A DNA stretch of 64,000 nt, from NCBI GenBank assembly GCA_036403795.1, contig DASWQJ010000174.1, forward strand, positions 12,573-76,572. The letters run 5' to 3'. Position numbers and translations under genes: made by a program. The stretch's first letter is position 1; the number at the start of each line of letters is the position of its first letter. A model generated the notes under the pieces. The model was not told where the DNA came from. It did not search any database and was given only the letters and a program-made list of their open reading frames with translations. Origin of the DNA: Stenotrophomonas sp. (GTDB lineage Bacteria; Pseudomonadota; Gammaproteobacteria; Xanthomonadales; Xanthomonadaceae). Positions 27,182 through 38,012 of the stretch are shown here, one piece after another.

Positions 27182-28141
27182 TCAGTTCGGCCGCTTCCGT
27201 TCCAGGTGCGCAGCCGTACAGCCATACACCCCGGCCAGCAGGCAGCCGATCGCCAGCAGCTCCAGCAGGTTCGGCCAGCGGCCTTCCCAGGCGAACCCGT
27301 AGATCAGCGCAAAGACCGTCTCGAACACGATCATCTGGCCCACCAGGGTCAATGGCAGCAATCGGCTGCTGCGATTCCACAGCGCGTTGCCGATGACCGA
27401 GGCCAGCAGGGCCAGCACCGCCGCGATGCTCCAGAACCGCCACCAGTCTGCGGGGGCGTGCGCGGCACCGAAGAGAAAAGCGAACGGCGCGAGCAACAGC
27501 GCCAGCGCGCCGGTGGCCACGCCGGTCAGCAGGGAGCCGTCCTGGCTGGAAATGGCCGGCCGTCGCGACAACCAGCGCGCATTGCCCACCGAGTACGCGG
27601 TCCACGACAGCAAGGCGCCGAACGCGTACGCCAGGCCCGCCGCCCGCTTGCCCAATCCGTGCGAGCCCCCGTGTTCCCCGATCAGCGCTTGCGCACCCAC
27701 CAACGCGACGCCCACGACGCACAGCACCAGCGGCCATGCCAGCGACGACAGGCGCAGCGCCCCGGCGGTGCGCGAGCCGACCAGCGTTACCGCGACCGGC
27801 AACAGGCCGACGATCAGCGAAGCAGCGGCACCGCCGGCCCACTGCACCGCCGTTCCCAGCAGCACGTAGTACAGGAGGTTGCCGAGCACGCTCAGGCGCA
27901 GCAGTGTCCACCAGTCATCGATGCCCACCGGGGCCAATGCGCGACGCAGACGCGGCGCCAGCACCAGCAAGGCGATCAGCCCATAGGCGAGGTAGCGCGA
28001 TACCGACAACTGCAGTGGGTTGAACTCGCCCAGCAGCTGGGGCGCGAGGAACACCAGGCCCCACAGCGCGCCGGCGGCGACGCCGCAAGCCACGCCGGTG
28101 GCGATGGGGCGTGGCGAGGAAGTGCTGGATCCGATCTGCAT
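27182..28141 (-). CDS. EamA/DMT-superfamily transporter
   Basis: About ten hydrophobic helices in two similar halves, the pattern typical of EamA proteins. Confidence 0.8.
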   Translation of the reverse strand: MQIGSSTSSPRPIATGVACGVAAGALWGLVFLAPQLLGEFNPLQLSVSRYLAYGLIALLVLAPRLRRALAPVGIDDWWTLLRLSVLGNLLYYVLLGTAVQWAGGAAASLIVGLLPVAVTLVGSRTAGALRLSSLAWPLVLCVVGVALVGAQALIGEHGGSHGLGKRAAGLAYAFGALLSWTAYSVGNARWLSRRPAISSQDGSLLTGVATGALALLLAPFAFLFGAAHAPADWWRFWSIAAVLALLASVIGNALWNRSSRLLPLTLVGQMIVFETVFALIYGFAWEGRWPNLLELLAIGCLLAGVYGCTAAHLERKRPN

Positions 28142-28350
28142 GTGCGCAGCATGACGGTTGCACCGGGCGGGCGTCTTGATCTGATCTGCCCGTTTGCTCC
28201 GCCGATGCGCATCACCTGTCGGCCTGCCGGCCAGGTTCGGGCGGAATCAATCCGCGCGGCGGGCAGGTCTTTTGCAAGTCCCTGCCAGCCAAGCCACGCG
28301 GGCCGAAAGCCCTCGCCGAGCGCCGCTCAGTCGGCGCCCGGGCACCAGGC

Positions 28351-30111
28351 CTACTTTGCCCAGGTGTCGCGCAGGGTGACGCTGCGGTTGAATACCGGCG
28401 CAGCGGCGGTGTGGTCGTGGCGATCGGCGACGAAATACCCCATGCGTTCGAACTGCAGGACCTGCTCCGGGGTAGCCGCGGCGGCCGCCGGCTCCAGGTA
28501 GCCACGCACGCTGCGCTTGGACGCCGGGTTGAGGTGGTCGCGGTAGGTCTTGCCTTCCGACTCGTCGTCCGGGTTCTCGACCGAGAACAAGCGGTCGTAC
28601 AGGCGAATCTCGGCCGGCACGGCATGCTGCGCGCTGACCCAGTGGATGGTGCCCTTGACCTTGCGATTGGCGCCTTCCATGCCCGGGCGCGATTCCGGAT
28701 CCAGCCAGCCCCGCAGCTCGACGATCTCGCCGGCCTCGTTCTTGACCATTTCATCCACGCGCGCGATGCCTGCGCCACGCAATCGAACTTCGCCGCCGGG
28801 CACCAGGCGCTTCCAACCCTTGGGCGGGACTTCGGCGAAATCCTCGCGCTCGATCCACAGTTCCCGCGAGAACGGCACCTGCCGCGCACCGAAGGACTCG
28901 TCTTTCGGGTGGTTGGCGAACTCCAGCGATTCCTGGTGATGCTCCGGCAGGTTGGTAAGCACGAATTTGATCGGATCGATCACCGCCATGCGGCGCGGCG
29001 CGGTGACGTCCAGGTCCTCGCGAAGGCAACCTTCCAGCACCGAGAAATCGATCACCGAATTCTGCTTGCTGATGCCGATGCGGTCCACCAACAGGCGCAA
29101 TGCCGCCGGCGTATAGCCGCGCCGGCGCAAGCCCTGCAGGGTGTACATGCGCGGATCGTCCCAGCCGTCCACCAGGCCTTCGGCGACCAGCTGGGTGAGC
29201 TTGCGCTTGCTCATCACCGTGTAGTTGATGTTGAGTCGCGAGAACTCGATCTGACGTGGTTTGGCCGCCTCGTTCGGATAGCCCTTGTCCAGCAACGAGC
29301 CGAGCAATTCCGGATGGCCGGTCAGGTCGACGTTGTCCACGCACCAGTCGTACAGCGGGCGGTGGTCTTCAAACTCCAGCGTGCATAGCGAGTGGGTGAT
29401 GCCTTCCACCGCATCGCCCAGCGAGTGCGCGAAGTCGTACATCGGATAGATCGGCCAGTCGCTGCCGGTGTTCTGATGCTCTACGTGCTTGATGCGATAC
29501 AGCGCCGGATCGCGCAGGTTGATGTTGCCGCTGGTCATGTCGATCTTGGCCCGGACCGTGCGGGCGCCATCGGGGAACTCGCCGGCGCGCATGCGCGCGA
29601 ACAGGTCCAGGTTCTCCTCCACGCTGCGATCGCGATAGGGCGAATTGCGGCCCGGTTCGGTCAGCGTGCCGCGGTACTCGCGCACCTGCTCGGCGGAGAG
29701 GTCGCAAACGAATGCCTTGCCGTCGGCGATCAGCTTCTGCGCGGCGCGGTAATAGACTTCGAAATAATCCGAGGCGTGGCGCAGCGACGCCCACTCGAAA
29801 CCGAGCCACCGCACGTCGTCCTCGATGGCCCGGACGAACTCGGGATCTTCCTTGGCCGGATTGGTGTCGTCGAAGCGCAGGTTGCACCGTCCGTCGAACT
29901 CGGCGGCGATGCCGAAGTTCAGGCAGATCGCCTTGGCATGACCAATGTGCAGATAGCCATTGGGCTCGGGCGGGAAGCGAGTGCGAACGGCTTGATGCTT
30001 GCCGCTGCCCAGGTCCTCGCGGACGATCTGGCGGATGAAGTCGCGCTTTTCGGGAGCAGCGGTCTCGGGGCGGCCGGGATCGGCGGCGGGGGTTTCGAAG
30101 GAGCTGGACAT
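28351..30111 (-). CDS. glnS: Glutaminyl-tRNA synthetase
   Basis: [33 protein letters not shown] (HIGH) and VMSKRKL (KMSKS). Collinear with E. coli GlnRS. Confidence 0.95.
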   Translation of the reverse strand: MSSSFETPAADPGRPETAAPEKRDFIRQIVREDLGSGKHQAVRTRFPPEPNGYLHIGHAKAICLNFGIAAEFDGRCNLRFDDTNPAKEDPEFVRAIEDDVRWLGFEWASLRHASDYFEVYYRAAQKLIADGKAFVCDLSAEQVREYRGTLTEPGRNSPYRDRSVEENLDLFARMRAGEFPDGARTVRAKIDMTSGNINLRDPALYRIKHVEHQNTGSDWPIYPMYDFAHSLGDAVEGITHSLCTLEFEDHRPLYDWCVDNVDLTGHPELLGSLLDKGYPNEAAKPRQIEFSRLNINYTVMSKRKLTQLVAEGLVDGWDDPRMYTLQGLRRRGYTPAALRLLVDRIGISKQNSVIDFSVLEGCLREDLDVTAPRRMAVIDPIKFVLTNLPEHHQESLEFANHPKDESFGARQVPFSRELWIEREDFAEVPPKGWKRLVPGGEVRLRGAGIARVDEMVKNEAGEIVELRGWLDPESRPGMEGANRKVKGTIHWVSAQHAVPAEIRLYDRLFSVENPDDESEGKTYRDHLNPASKRSVRGYLEPAAAAATPEQVLQFERMGYFVADRHDHTAAAPVFNRSVTLRDTWAK

Positions 30112-30258
30112 GCCGGGCCGGAAATCGGAAAGACCCCCAGTTTAACAAGCCGTTGCCGCCCGCTGGGCCTCCGGGCCGCCGGACCAGCTGAACCGCGCAC
30201 ACGCCGGCGCGTGGCGTCGGCTTTATCCTCGGCCTGTCCTCATAGCGAGCACTGCCCC

Positions 30259-30525
30259 ATGCAGGTCGTCTACCGCGCGGAAAACCTCTTCGACGCCCAT
30301 CTGGTCAAGCATGCCTTGGAAGATGCCGGGGTACCGGCCTTTGTCTTCGGCGAAAGCCTGCTGGGCGGCGGCGGTGAGCTGCCGCTGTTTGGCGTGCTGC
30401 GCGTGTGCGTGCCCGATCCCCTGCTGCCAGTGGCGCAGGAGGTGGTGGCCGGCCTGGACTTGGCCGGACCGCCAGCCGACCCCATATCCGAAGGCGACCC
30501 GGACCCCGGCTTCCTGCCGGCCTAG
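30259..30525 (+). CDS. DUF2007-type small protein (putative signal-transducing fold)
   Basis: 88 aa with MQVVYRAENLFDAHLVKHALEDAGVPAFVFGE, typical of DUF2007. Only the 3' part of a longer shadow ORF is coding. Confidence 0.65.
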   Translation: MQVVYRAENLFDAHLVKHALEDAGVPAFVFGESLLGGGGELPLFGVLRVCVPDPLLPVAQEVVAGLDLAGPPADPISEGDPDPGFLPA

Positions 30526-30549
30526 CGCCACGCTCAGAGGAGCTCCCCC

Positions 30550-31224
30550 ATGTTTGGTATTGGATCTGCACTGAAACTCGGCATCGGCGCGTTCAAGCAG
30601 CGCCTTCCGCGAGACGGCGAAGCACTGCCTGGCCGAGACCATCCGCTGCCGCTGAATAACGTCCACTACGTCAACGGCCAGCCCCTGCAAGGGGACTTCG
30701 CCGGCCTGGCCGTGCTCGACGTGGGAATGGGCTGTTTCTGGGGCGCCGAGCGCAAGTTCTGGCAGCTGCCGGGCGTGGTGACCACCGCGGTGGGTTACCA
30801 GGGCGGCCAGACCCCGCATCCCACCTATGAAGAAGCCTGTTCGGGCATGACCGGCCATGCGGAAGTGGTGCGGGTGGTGTTCGACCCGGCCCAGGTTTCC
30901 CTCGACCAGGTGCTGCGCACTTTCTGGGAAAACCACGACCCCACCCAGGGCATGCGCCAGGGCAACGACACCGGAACGCAATACCGTTCGGCCATCTATT
31001 GCCACACCCAGGCCCAATACGAGGCAGTGCTGGCCAGCCGCGATGCCTACCAGCAGCAGCTGCAGGCAGCCGGCTACGGTGACATCACCACCGAGATCGT
31101 CTATCCCGCGCCGCCGTTCTACTACGCCGAGGATTATCACCAGCAGTACCTGGCCAAGAATCCGGCTGGCTACTGCGGTATCGGCGGTACGGGCGTCAGC
31201 TGCCCCATCGGCCTGGACGCCTGA
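30550..31224 (+). CDS. msrA: Peptide-methionine (S)-S-oxide reductase
   Basis: GMGCFWGAE active site, [12 protein letters not shown], and YHQQYL. Confidence 0.93.
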   Translation: MFGIGSALKLGIGAFKQRLPRDGEALPGRDHPLPLNNVHYVNGQPLQGDFAGLAVLDVGMGCFWGAERKFWQLPGVVTTAVGYQGGQTPHPTYEEACSGMTGHAEVVRVVFDPAQVSLDQVLRTFWENHDPTQGMRQGNDTGTQYRSAIYCHTQAQYEAVLASRDAYQQQLQAAGYGDITTEIVYPAPPFYYAEDYHQQYLAKNPAGYCGIGGTGVSCPIGLDA

Positions 31225-31271
31225 GTCCGACCACGGGCGCATTTCGTCGGCGCCCGCCTGCTGCACCCGCG

Positions 31272-31299
31272 AAGCCGCGCCCTAACGGGTGCGGCTTTT
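31272..31299 (+). terminator. Rho-independent terminator after msrA
   Basis: 11-bp stem aagccgcgccc/gggtgcggctt (one G-U pair), loop taac, followed by a T run (cttttcg). Confidence 0.7.
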
Positions 31300-31436
31300 C
31301 GCATTGGCATACGGCTTTTCGTCCCCGTTAGCGGTTCTTGCCGGTTTGTGCCGGCGACCGGGCAGTCCCCCTCCTAGCGTCGTCCCGGCGCGCCCTTGTC
31401 GGCCGCGATTCATGGGCAACCTGGGTGGAAACGCTA

Positions 31437-32702
31437 ATGGAAAAGGCCGTGGCCGGCGCACGTCGGCAGCAGGAGGGGGAAGTTCGCAAGGTCACTCGGT
31501 ACGCGATGTTGTGCTGCGCCGGGTTGTTGGCGGTCCCTGGAGGCGCGGCCGCTTGGGAATCGAAGGGTTATCTGCGCGCAGGCGCCGGCAGCACCGTCGA
31601 AGGTGAGCAGCAACGCTGCTTCGGTCTCCAGGCAGCGCCGTCGAAGTATCGCCTGGGCAACGAGTGCGAACAGTTTGCCGAAGTCGAGCTCGAACACACT
31701 TTCCAGCCGTGGGCCAACGGGAGCGCGTTGCGCCTGGTCGCTCGCGAAAGCGGCTACAACCCCTATGGCGACCGTCCGGATTTTTCCGGCCGGGATGGCT
31801 GGCACAAGAACAGCGAGCTATGGGCGCAATGGCGCGACGTGCCCGGGCTTCGGGGCGGTGCGTTGTGGGCCGGACGTCGCTTCTACAAGCGAAACGACGT
31901 GCACATCAACGATTTCTACTATTGGAACCCGACCGGCGTGGGCGCCGGCGTGGAAGACATCGCCATCGGCACGGACGGCATGAAGCTCAGTTACGCCTTC
32001 TTCCGGCGGGGCGACATCGGTGACGATCGCTACGTGAGTCGCCACGACCTGCAATGGGAGGGCATTGCCACCAACCCTGGGGGTCGGGTGGCGATTGGAC
32101 TCAGCGTGATCCCCCGCCCCGGCATCGATGGCGCCCATGGTGGCTGGTCGCTGACCGCGCAGCATGAGCAGAAGGGGGTGCTGGGAGGGCGCAATCGCCT
32201 GGCCCTGCAATACGGACGAGGTGCCGGCATCGGTCTTGGCGCCACGGGCGATCTGAACGCGGGATCCTCTGCATGGCGCTGGCGGATCGTGGAAAGCCTG
32301 GACTGGCAGCCCAGCGAGCGGTTTGGCGGGCAGTGGATCGCGAGTTGGCAACGCGACCGGGGGGGCAACGCGATATCGCAGGATTGGTGGTCGATCGGCG
32401 TGCGGCCGGTACTGGCCTTTGGCCAGCACTTCAAATTGGCGCTTGAGCTGGGCCGCGACGCGGTGCGTCCGCAGCAAGGCCCGGACCAGCATCTGGACAA
32501 GGCAACGCTGGCCGCGATCCTGACCCGTGCGCCGGGCTTCTACAAACGCCCGGAATTACGGGTGTTCTATACCTATGCCGACTGGAATGGCGCCGCGCAG
32601 TTGGCGGGTCGATCCAACACCGCGCCCCTGCTCGGCGCCGCCGCGGGGCTGCCACCGACTCAGGGAAGTACGTTCGGGGTGCAACTCGAAACCTGGTGGT
32701 GA
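31437..32702 (+). CDS. Carbohydrate-selective porin (LamB/maltoporin family)
   Basis: Signal peptide, YLRAGAG start of the barrel, and C-terminus FGVQLETWW (compare E. coli LamB ...MEIWW). An alternative start lies at 31506. Confidence 0.8.
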   Translation: MEKAVAGARRQQEGEVRKVTRYAMLCCAGLLAVPGGAAAWESKGYLRAGAGSTVEGEQQRCFGLQAAPSKYRLGNECEQFAEVELEHTFQPWANGSALRLVARESGYNPYGDRPDFSGRDGWHKNSELWAQWRDVPGLRGGALWAGRRFYKRNDVHINDFYYWNPTGVGAGVEDIAIGTDGMKLSYAFFRRGDIGDDRYVSRHDLQWEGIATNPGGRVAIGLSVIPRPGIDGAHGGWSLTAQHEQKGVLGGRNRLALQYGRGAGIGLGATGDLNAGSSAWRWRIVESLDWQPSERFGGQWIASWQRDRGGNAISQDWWSIGVRPVLAFGQHFKLALELGRDAVRPQQGPDQHLDKATLAAILTRAPGFYKRPELRVFYTYADWNGAAQLAGRSNTAPLLGAAAGLPPTQGSTFGVQLETWW

Positions 32703-32709
32703 AACGGCG

Positions 32710-32761
32710 GCGCATCGGCCCGATGCGCGGGCAGCACGGCGGCGTGGATGCACGCCGCCGT
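32710..32761. terminator. Two hairpins in the convergent gap between the porin gene and tal
   Basis: First hairpin gcgcatcg-gcc-cgatgcgc (32710-32728). Second hairpin acggcggcgtg-gatg-cacgccgccgt (32736-32761, 11-bp stem). Confidence 0.5.
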
Positions 32762-32769
32762 TGCCTGGT

Positions 32770-33735
32770 TCAAGCGGCCAGTTTGTCTCGAATGCGCTGG
32801 CGCAGGGCGTCGAGATCCTTGGCAAAGGCATCGATGCCGCTGGCCAACTTGTCGGTCGCCATGGGATCTGCAGCTACATCCGCGGCAAAGCGCGCCGCGT
32901 CGATCGGCGTCACCTGCGTCGGCGCAGCCGGGGCAGCAAAGAGCTTGCGCGGCAGTTCACCGTGTTCGGCATCGAGTTTTTCGAGCAGGTCCGGGGAAAT
33001 CGTCAGGCGATCGCAGCCCGCCAATGCCTCGATCTGCGCGGTGGAGCGGAACGAGGCCCCCATGACCACGGTCTTCGAACCGCGCTTCTTGAACTCGGCA
33101 TAGACCCCGCGCACGAACTGCACGCCCGGGTCCGCGTCGATGTTGGCCGGCGCCTGGCCGTTGGCGACGTACCAATCCAGGATGCGGCCCACGAAAGGGG
33201 AGATCAGGAACACGCCGGCTTCGGCGCACGCCAATGCCTGGGTCTGGTTGAAGATCAGGGTCAGGTTGCAGTCGATACCGTCCTGCTGCAGCTGGCGCGC
33301 GGCTTCGACGCCTTCCCAGGTCGCCGCCACCTTGATCAGGATCTTGTCGCGGGGCACGCCGCGCTCGGCATACATCGCAACGAACTTGTGGGCCTTGGCG
33401 ATCGTGGCGGCGGTGTCATGGGCCAGGTCGGCGTCCACCTCGGTGGAGACGCGACCCGGCACCAGGGCCGCCAGCATGGCGCCCACGCCCACCGTCAGGC
33501 GGTCGGCCACTTCGTTGACGATCGTGTCTCCACCGCCCTGGTCGCGGCCCCAGGCCAGCTCGCGCTCGATCAGGTCTGCGTAGACCGGCAGATCGAGGGC
33601 CTTCTTCACCAGGGTCGGGTTGGTGGTGCAGTCCACCGGCTTGAGGCGCTTGATCGCGTCGAAATCGCCGGTATCGGCGACCACGACCGACAGTTCGCGG
33701 AGCTGGGCAAGCTTGGAATCAGACGAGGCAGTCAT
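32770..33735 (-). CDS. tal: Transaldolase
   Basis: [25 protein letters not shown] and FVGRILDW blocks are present. Confidence 0.93.
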   Translation of the reverse strand: MTASSDSKLAQLRELSVVVADTGDFDAIKRLKPVDCTTNPTLVKKALDLPVYADLIERELAWGRDQGGGDTIVNEVADRLTVGVGAMLAALVPGRVSTEVDADLAHDTAATIAKAHKFVAMYAERGVPRDKILIKVAATWEGVEAARQLQQDGIDCNLTLIFNQTQALACAEAGVFLISPFVGRILDWYVANGQAPANIDADPGVQFVRGVYAEFKKRGSKTVVMGASFRSTAQIEALAGCDRLTISPDLLEKLDAEHGELPRKLFAAPAAPTQVTPIDAARFAADVAADPMATDKLASGIDAFAKDLDALRQRIRDKLAA

Positions 33736-33807
33736 CTTGGGATCTCGAAACAGGAAAGTGTAGGAGCGGAAATAAACCGGAAGCCGGGGGCGCTACGTTA
33801 GCGCGCT

Positions 33808-34239
33808 TCATCGGTGAAAGTCGCCGGCTGCCTCGGGCTGATAGTGCACGGCGCGCACGCACAGTCGCAGCGGACGCCCGCCTGGCGCCTGCCAGTCGAT
33901 GGTCTGGCCGACGGACAGGCCAAGCAGCGCACTGCCCACCGGCGCCAGGATCGAGACGCGGCCCCGCTCCACATCGGCTTCGTGCGGGTAGACCAGGGTG
34001 AGTTGGTGGGGTTCGTCGTGCAGTTCGTCGATGCAGTCGATGCGCGAGTGCATCGTCACCACGCCGGCGGGGATCTGCTCGGGGGGCAGCACCTGGGCAC
34101 GTGCCAGCTCGCCGGACAGTGCAATCGCTGCCGGCAGACGGCTTAGCGCAGGGGATTCAAGCAAGGCCTCGAGGCGGGCGAGGTCACGGCTGGACACGAT
34201 GATCGAAGGCGGCAGACCGCTATGGCGTACGGAGTTCAT
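33808..34239 (-). CDS. rnk: Nucleoside diphosphate kinase regulator (GreA/GreB-family)
   Basis: Collinear with E. coli Rnk: VVTMHSRI, LVYP, ILAPVGSALLGLSVGQ, YQPEAAGD. Confidence 0.85.
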   Translation of the reverse strand: MNSVRHSGLPPSIIVSSRDLARLEALLESPALSRLPAAIALSGELARAQVLPPEQIPAGVVTMHSRIDCIDELHDEPHQLTLVYPHEADVERGRVSILAPVGSALLGLSVGQTIDWQAPGGRPLRLCVRAVHYQPEAAGDFHR

Positions 34240-34339
34240 GAGGTTTCCTGTGGATGAACGAAGTGGGCGGCTCCTGCGAGCCGCCCAGTCGATTGTCCGA
34301 ACTATCGTGCGTGGAAGGAACTGTCTGCCAGCGATGCGT

Positions 34340-35281
34340 TCAGGCGGCGACAGCGTCGGCCGCAGGTGCCGGCCGGTCCAACCGCAACAGGTGCGCCGGC
34401 AAGGTCTGGAATAGATGTGCCAGGTGCTGCAGGAACTCGCCCATGGCCGAGCTACGTCGCCACACCATCGCGATGCGGCGACTGGGCTGGCGAGCGCTGT
34501 CGAAGCCGATCAACTGGACGTTCTCCGAACGGGCCACCGGTGGCTTGACCGCCAGCAGCGGCAGCAAGGTCACGCCAACGTTGGCGGCCACCATCTGCCG
34601 CAGTGTCTCCAGGCTGGTGGCCTGGAATTCGGACTTCTCCATGGCGCCTGCGGTGTGGCAGACATCCAGTGCCTGGTCGCGCAGGCAATGCCCATCCTCC
34701 AGCAGCAACAACCGAAGGTCCGACAGCTCCTCCAGGGCCAGGGACTGGCGCCGCGCCAGCGGATGACTATCCGGCACGGCAAGCACGAAGGGCTCTTCGA
34801 AAAGGAACTCGGCATGCAATTGGTCGTCGTGGACCGGCAGGGCAAGCACTGCCGCGTCCAGCTTTCCTTCGCGCAGCTGGCGCAGCAGCTGGTCGCTCTT
34901 TTCCTCGACGAGCAGCAGTTCCAGGTGGGGGAAGCGCTCGCGGATCCGCGGCACGACGTGCGGCAGCAGGTAGGGGCCCAGTGTGGGGAAGATGCCCAGC
35001 CGAACGGTGCCGGCTTCCGGATCCTGGCTGCGGCGGGCCGCCTCCTTCATCTGCTCGACCTCGGCCACGATGTTGCGCGCCCGGCCGGCGGCCTCGCGCC
35101 CGGCGGGCGTCAGCATCACCTTACGGGGCGCCCGCTCGACCAGCGGGACCCCGAGTTCCTCCTCGAGCTTCTTGATCTGGGTCGACAGCGTGGGTTGGCT
35201 GACGAAACAGGCCGCCGCCGCTCTTCCGAAATGCTTGTGGTCGGCTAGCGCCACGAGGTACTTCAGATCACGCAGGTTCAT
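34340..35281 (-). CDS. oxyR: LysR-family peroxide-sensing regulator OxyR
   Basis: MNLRDLKYLVALADHKHFGRAAAACFVSQPTLSTQIKKLEEELG HTH, the redox-Cys block LLLLEDGHCLRDQAL, and a position downstream of ahpF. Confidence 0.92.
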   Translation of the reverse strand: MNLRDLKYLVALADHKHFGRAAAACFVSQPTLSTQIKKLEEELGVPLVERAPRKVMLTPAGREAAGRARNIVAEVEQMKEAARRSQDPEAGTVRLGIFPTLGPYLLPHVVPRIRERFPHLELLLVEEKSDQLLRQLREGKLDAAVLALPVHDDQLHAEFLFEEPFVLAVPDSHPLARRQSLALEELSDLRLLLLEDGHCLRDQALDVCHTAGAMEKSEFQATSLETLRQMVAANVGVTLLPLLAVKPPVARSENVQLIGFDSARQPSRRIAMVWRRSSAMGEFLQHLAHLFQTLPAHLLRLDRPAPAADAVAA

Positions 35282-35407
35282 GCCGGACCTCACGCAGTAG
35301 GTGGGCGCGGCATGGAACCGCGCCCGGGGAGAGCTTACGCCCGCCTGAGCGGCAACGGCCACTTCGGCGGCTGGCGGGAGGGGCATCGCCCAACGGGGCA
35401 GCGCAGA

Positions 35408-37000
35408 TCAGGCGGCTTCAGCCACCGCACCGCTGCTGCTGGGCGCGGTAGAGCGGATCAGGTGGTCGAAGGCGCTCAATGCCGCCTTCGAACCCTCACC
35501 CATGGCGATGACGATCTGCTTGTAGGGCACCGTGGTGACATCGCCAGCGGCAAACACGCCCGGCAGATTGGTCTGGCCGCGGTCGTCGACGATGATCTCG
35601 CCGCGCGGCGACAGCGCCACCACGCCCTTGAGCCACTCGGTATTGGGCAGCAGCCCGATCTGCACGAACACGCCTTCCAGTTCGACGCGATGCACATCGC
35701 CGCCAACCCGGTCCTTGTAGACCAACCCGTTGACCTTGTTGCCATCGCCCAGCACTTCGGTGGTCTGCGCGCTGGTAATGACCCGCACGTTGCCCAGGCT
35801 GCGCAGCTTGCGTTGCAGGACTTCGTCGGCACGCAACTTGTCATCGAACTCGATCAAGGTGACGTGGGTCACGATGCCGGCGAGGTCGATCGCCGCCTCG
35901 ACACCGGAGTTGCCGCCGCCCACCACGGCCACGCGCTTGCCCTTGAACAGCGGACCGTCGCAATGCGGGCAATAGGCCACGCCCTTGTTGCGATATTGAT
36001 CCTCGCCCGGCACGTTCATCTGCCGCCAGCGCGCCCCGGTCGACAGCACGACGGTGCGTGACTTGAGCGTGGCGCCGTTGGCCAGTTTCACCTGCACGAA
36101 GCCGCTCGCGTCGGCCGGAATCAGCTGCTCGGCGCGCTGCAGGTTCATCACGTCCACATCGTAATGGCGCACGTGCTGTTCCAGGGCGGCGGCCATTTTC
36201 GGGCCTTCGGTCTCGGGCACGGAAATGAAGTTCTCGATGGCGAGCGTGTCCAGCACTTGGCCGCCGAATCGCTCGGCCGCCACGCCTGTGCGGATGCCCT
36301 TCCGCGCGGCATAAACCGCGGCAGCAGCGCCGGCCGGACCGCCGCCGATCACCAGCACGTCGAACGGCGACTTGGCGTCGATTTTTTCGGCATCGCGCTT
36401 ACCCGAATTGGTATCGAGCTTGGCCACTATCTGCTCCAGATTCATGCGGCCTTGGTCGAAGCGTTCGCCGTTGAGGAAGATCGTCGGCACGGTCATGATT
36501 TCGCGTGCCTGCACTTCGTCCTGGAACAGCGCGCCATCGATGGCGACATGCTGGATCCTCGGGTTCAGAACGGCTGCCAGGTTCAAGGCCTGGACCACGT
36601 CCGGGCAGCTCTGGCACGAGAGCGAAAAATAGGTTTCGAAGCGATAGTCGCCGTCGAGATTCTTCACCTGCTCGATGATCTCAGGCGCCGCCTTCGACGG
36701 GTGGCCGCCCACTTGCAGCAGGGCCAGCACCAGCGAGGTGAACTCGTGGCCCATCGGAATGCCGGCGAAGGTCAGGGCGATGTCCTGGCCCGGGCTGTTG
36801 AGGCTGAAATTCGGCTTGCGCGCGGCATCGTCACGACGGACTTCCAGGCCGATCCGATCCGACAGGACGGTCAGTTCCTTCAGCAGTTCCAGCATTTCCT
36901 GGGACTTGGCGCTGTCATCGAGCTGCGCGGTGATGTGGATCGGCCGGGTCAGGCGCTCCAGATAAGACTTCAGCTGGGTCTGCAGGTTGGTGTCCAACAT
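35408..37000 (-). CDS. ahpF: Alkyl hydroperoxide reductase subunit F
   Basis: N-terminal double thioredoxin fold with CQSCPD, FAD site [12 protein letters not shown], redox centre CPHCDG, and NADH site VVGGGNSG. Confidence 0.95.
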   Translation of the reverse strand: MLDTNLQTQLKSYLERLTRPIHITAQLDDSAKSQEMLELLKELTVLSDRIGLEVRRDDAARKPNFSLNSPGQDIALTFAGIPMGHEFTSLVLALLQVGGHPSKAAPEIIEQVKNLDGDYRFETYFSLSCQSCPDVVQALNLAAVLNPRIQHVAIDGALFQDEVQAREIMTVPTIFLNGERFDQGRMNLEQIVAKLDTNSGKRDAEKIDAKSPFDVLVIGGGPAGAAAAVYAARKGIRTGVAAERFGGQVLDTLAIENFISVPETEGPKMAAALEQHVRHYDVDVMNLQRAEQLIPADASGFVQVKLANGATLKSRTVVLSTGARWRQMNVPGEDQYRNKGVAYCPHCDGPLFKGKRVAVVGGGNSGVEAAIDLAGIVTHVTLIEFDDKLRADEVLQRKLRSLGNVRVITSAQTTEVLGDGNKVNGLVYKDRVGGDVHRVELEGVFVQIGLLPNTEWLKGVVALSPRGEIIVDDRGQTNLPGVFAAGDVTTVPYKQIVIAMGEGSKAALSAFDHLIRSTAPSSSGAVAEAA

Positions 37001-37072
37001 GTGCGGCTCCTGGTGATCGGCAAAGGGAGAGCGGGCGTCGATGCCGAAGCATGTCGCCGACGGGGGAGGGAA

Positions 37073-37157
37073 GGGGTGAACCGCAACCGGCGACGTGCCG
37101 GCAGGACGGGAGAGAGAGAGAGCGCCCTGCCGGCGCGCACCGGTTCCGGTTCACCCC
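37073..37157. repeat. Nested imperfect palindrome with a (GA)n loop in the ahpC-ahpF spacer
   Basis: Outer arms are 37073-37090 and 37140-37157 (17/18 complementary). Inner arms are 37094-37105 and 37126-37137 (12 bp, one G-U pair). The 20-nt loop contains gagagagagagag (37110-37122). Confidence 0.8.
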
Positions 37158-37196
37158 CGCCCCTGGCAACCAGGGACGGGAGCTTGCTTGGCTGTT

Positions 37197-37218
37197 CCCG
37201 CCCCTGCGAAGGGGCGGG
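37197..37218 (-). terminator. Hairpin immediately downstream of ahpC
   Basis: 8-bp GC stem cccgcccc/ggggcggg with a 6-nt loop, 10 nt after the ahpC stop. No U tract on the transcript. Confidence 0.45.
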
Positions 37219-37227
37219 CCGAGCGGC

Positions 37228-37791
37228 TTAGATCTTGCCGACCAGGTCCAGCGACGGTGCGAGGGTCTTCTCGCCTTCCTTCCACTTGGCCGGGCACACC
37301 TCGCCCGGGTGGGCGGCGACGTACTGGGCGGCCTTGACCTTGCGCAGCAGCTCATTGGCGTCGCGACCGATGCCTTCGGCGGTGATCTCGACGGACTGGA
37401 TGACGCCCGACGGATCGATGATGAAGGTGCCGCGGTCGGCCAGGCCGATGCCCGGACGCATCACTTCAAAGTTGTTGGTCACCACGCCGGACGGGTCGCC
37501 GATCATCGGGTATTTGATCTTGCCGATCGCGTCGGAGGTGTCGTGCCACGCCTTGTGCGAGAAATGGGTGTCGGTGGAGACCGAGTAGACCTCAACGCCC
37601 AGCTTCTGGAACTCGGCATAGTTCTCGGCCAGGTCTTCGAGCTCGGTCGGGCAGACGAAGGTGAAGTCGGCCGGGTAGAACACCACCACGGACCACTTGC
37701 CCTTCAAGTTGGCATCGGAGACTTCGATGAACTCGCCATTCTGATAGGCAGTTGCTTTGAACGGCTTGATTTCGGTGTTGATAACGGACAT
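37228..37791 (-). CDS. ahpC: Peroxiredoxin AhpC
   Basis: [14 protein letters not shown] peroxidatic Cys and C-terminal EVCPAKW resolving Cys. 187 aa. Confidence 0.96.
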   Translation of the reverse strand: MSVINTEIKPFKATAYQNGEFIEVSDANLKGKWSVVVFYPADFTFVCPTELEDLAENYAEFQKLGVEVYSVSTDTHFSHKAWHDTSDAIGKIKYPMIGDPSGVVTNNFEVMRPGIGLADRGTFIIDPSGVIQSVEITAEGIGRDANELLRKVKAAQYVAAHPGEVCPAKWKEGEKTLAPSLDLVGKI

Positions 37792-37848
37792 TGAGTTTCC
37801 TTGGGTACCAATGGACGGGGGACTGGAACAGCCGCCATCTTAGGGAGG

Positions 37849-37902
37849 ATCGATTGATATCTCAAATCGATTGAGGAGATTGAATAGATAGATGCTGTCT
37901 AT
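37849..37902 (-). promoter_or_regulatory. ahpC promoter region with an OxyR-type operator
   Basis: AT-rich block 58-111 bp upstream of the ahpC ATG. A perfect ATAG-N7-CTAT lies at 37888-37902. A degenerate partner one helical pitch away reads atcg-N7-agat at 37866-37880. The ATCGAT motif also occurs twice at 37849-37871. Confidence 0.55.
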
Positions 37903-38012
37903 CGAAATGCAAGAGATCCTCTACACGGCAGTGCCTGCTAGGTCCCGTCTAGAGCGGCTGCCGGCGGCGGCATAATGGGAGCACGCTGTTCAGGAACCCG
38001 CCGAGCGCCCGC

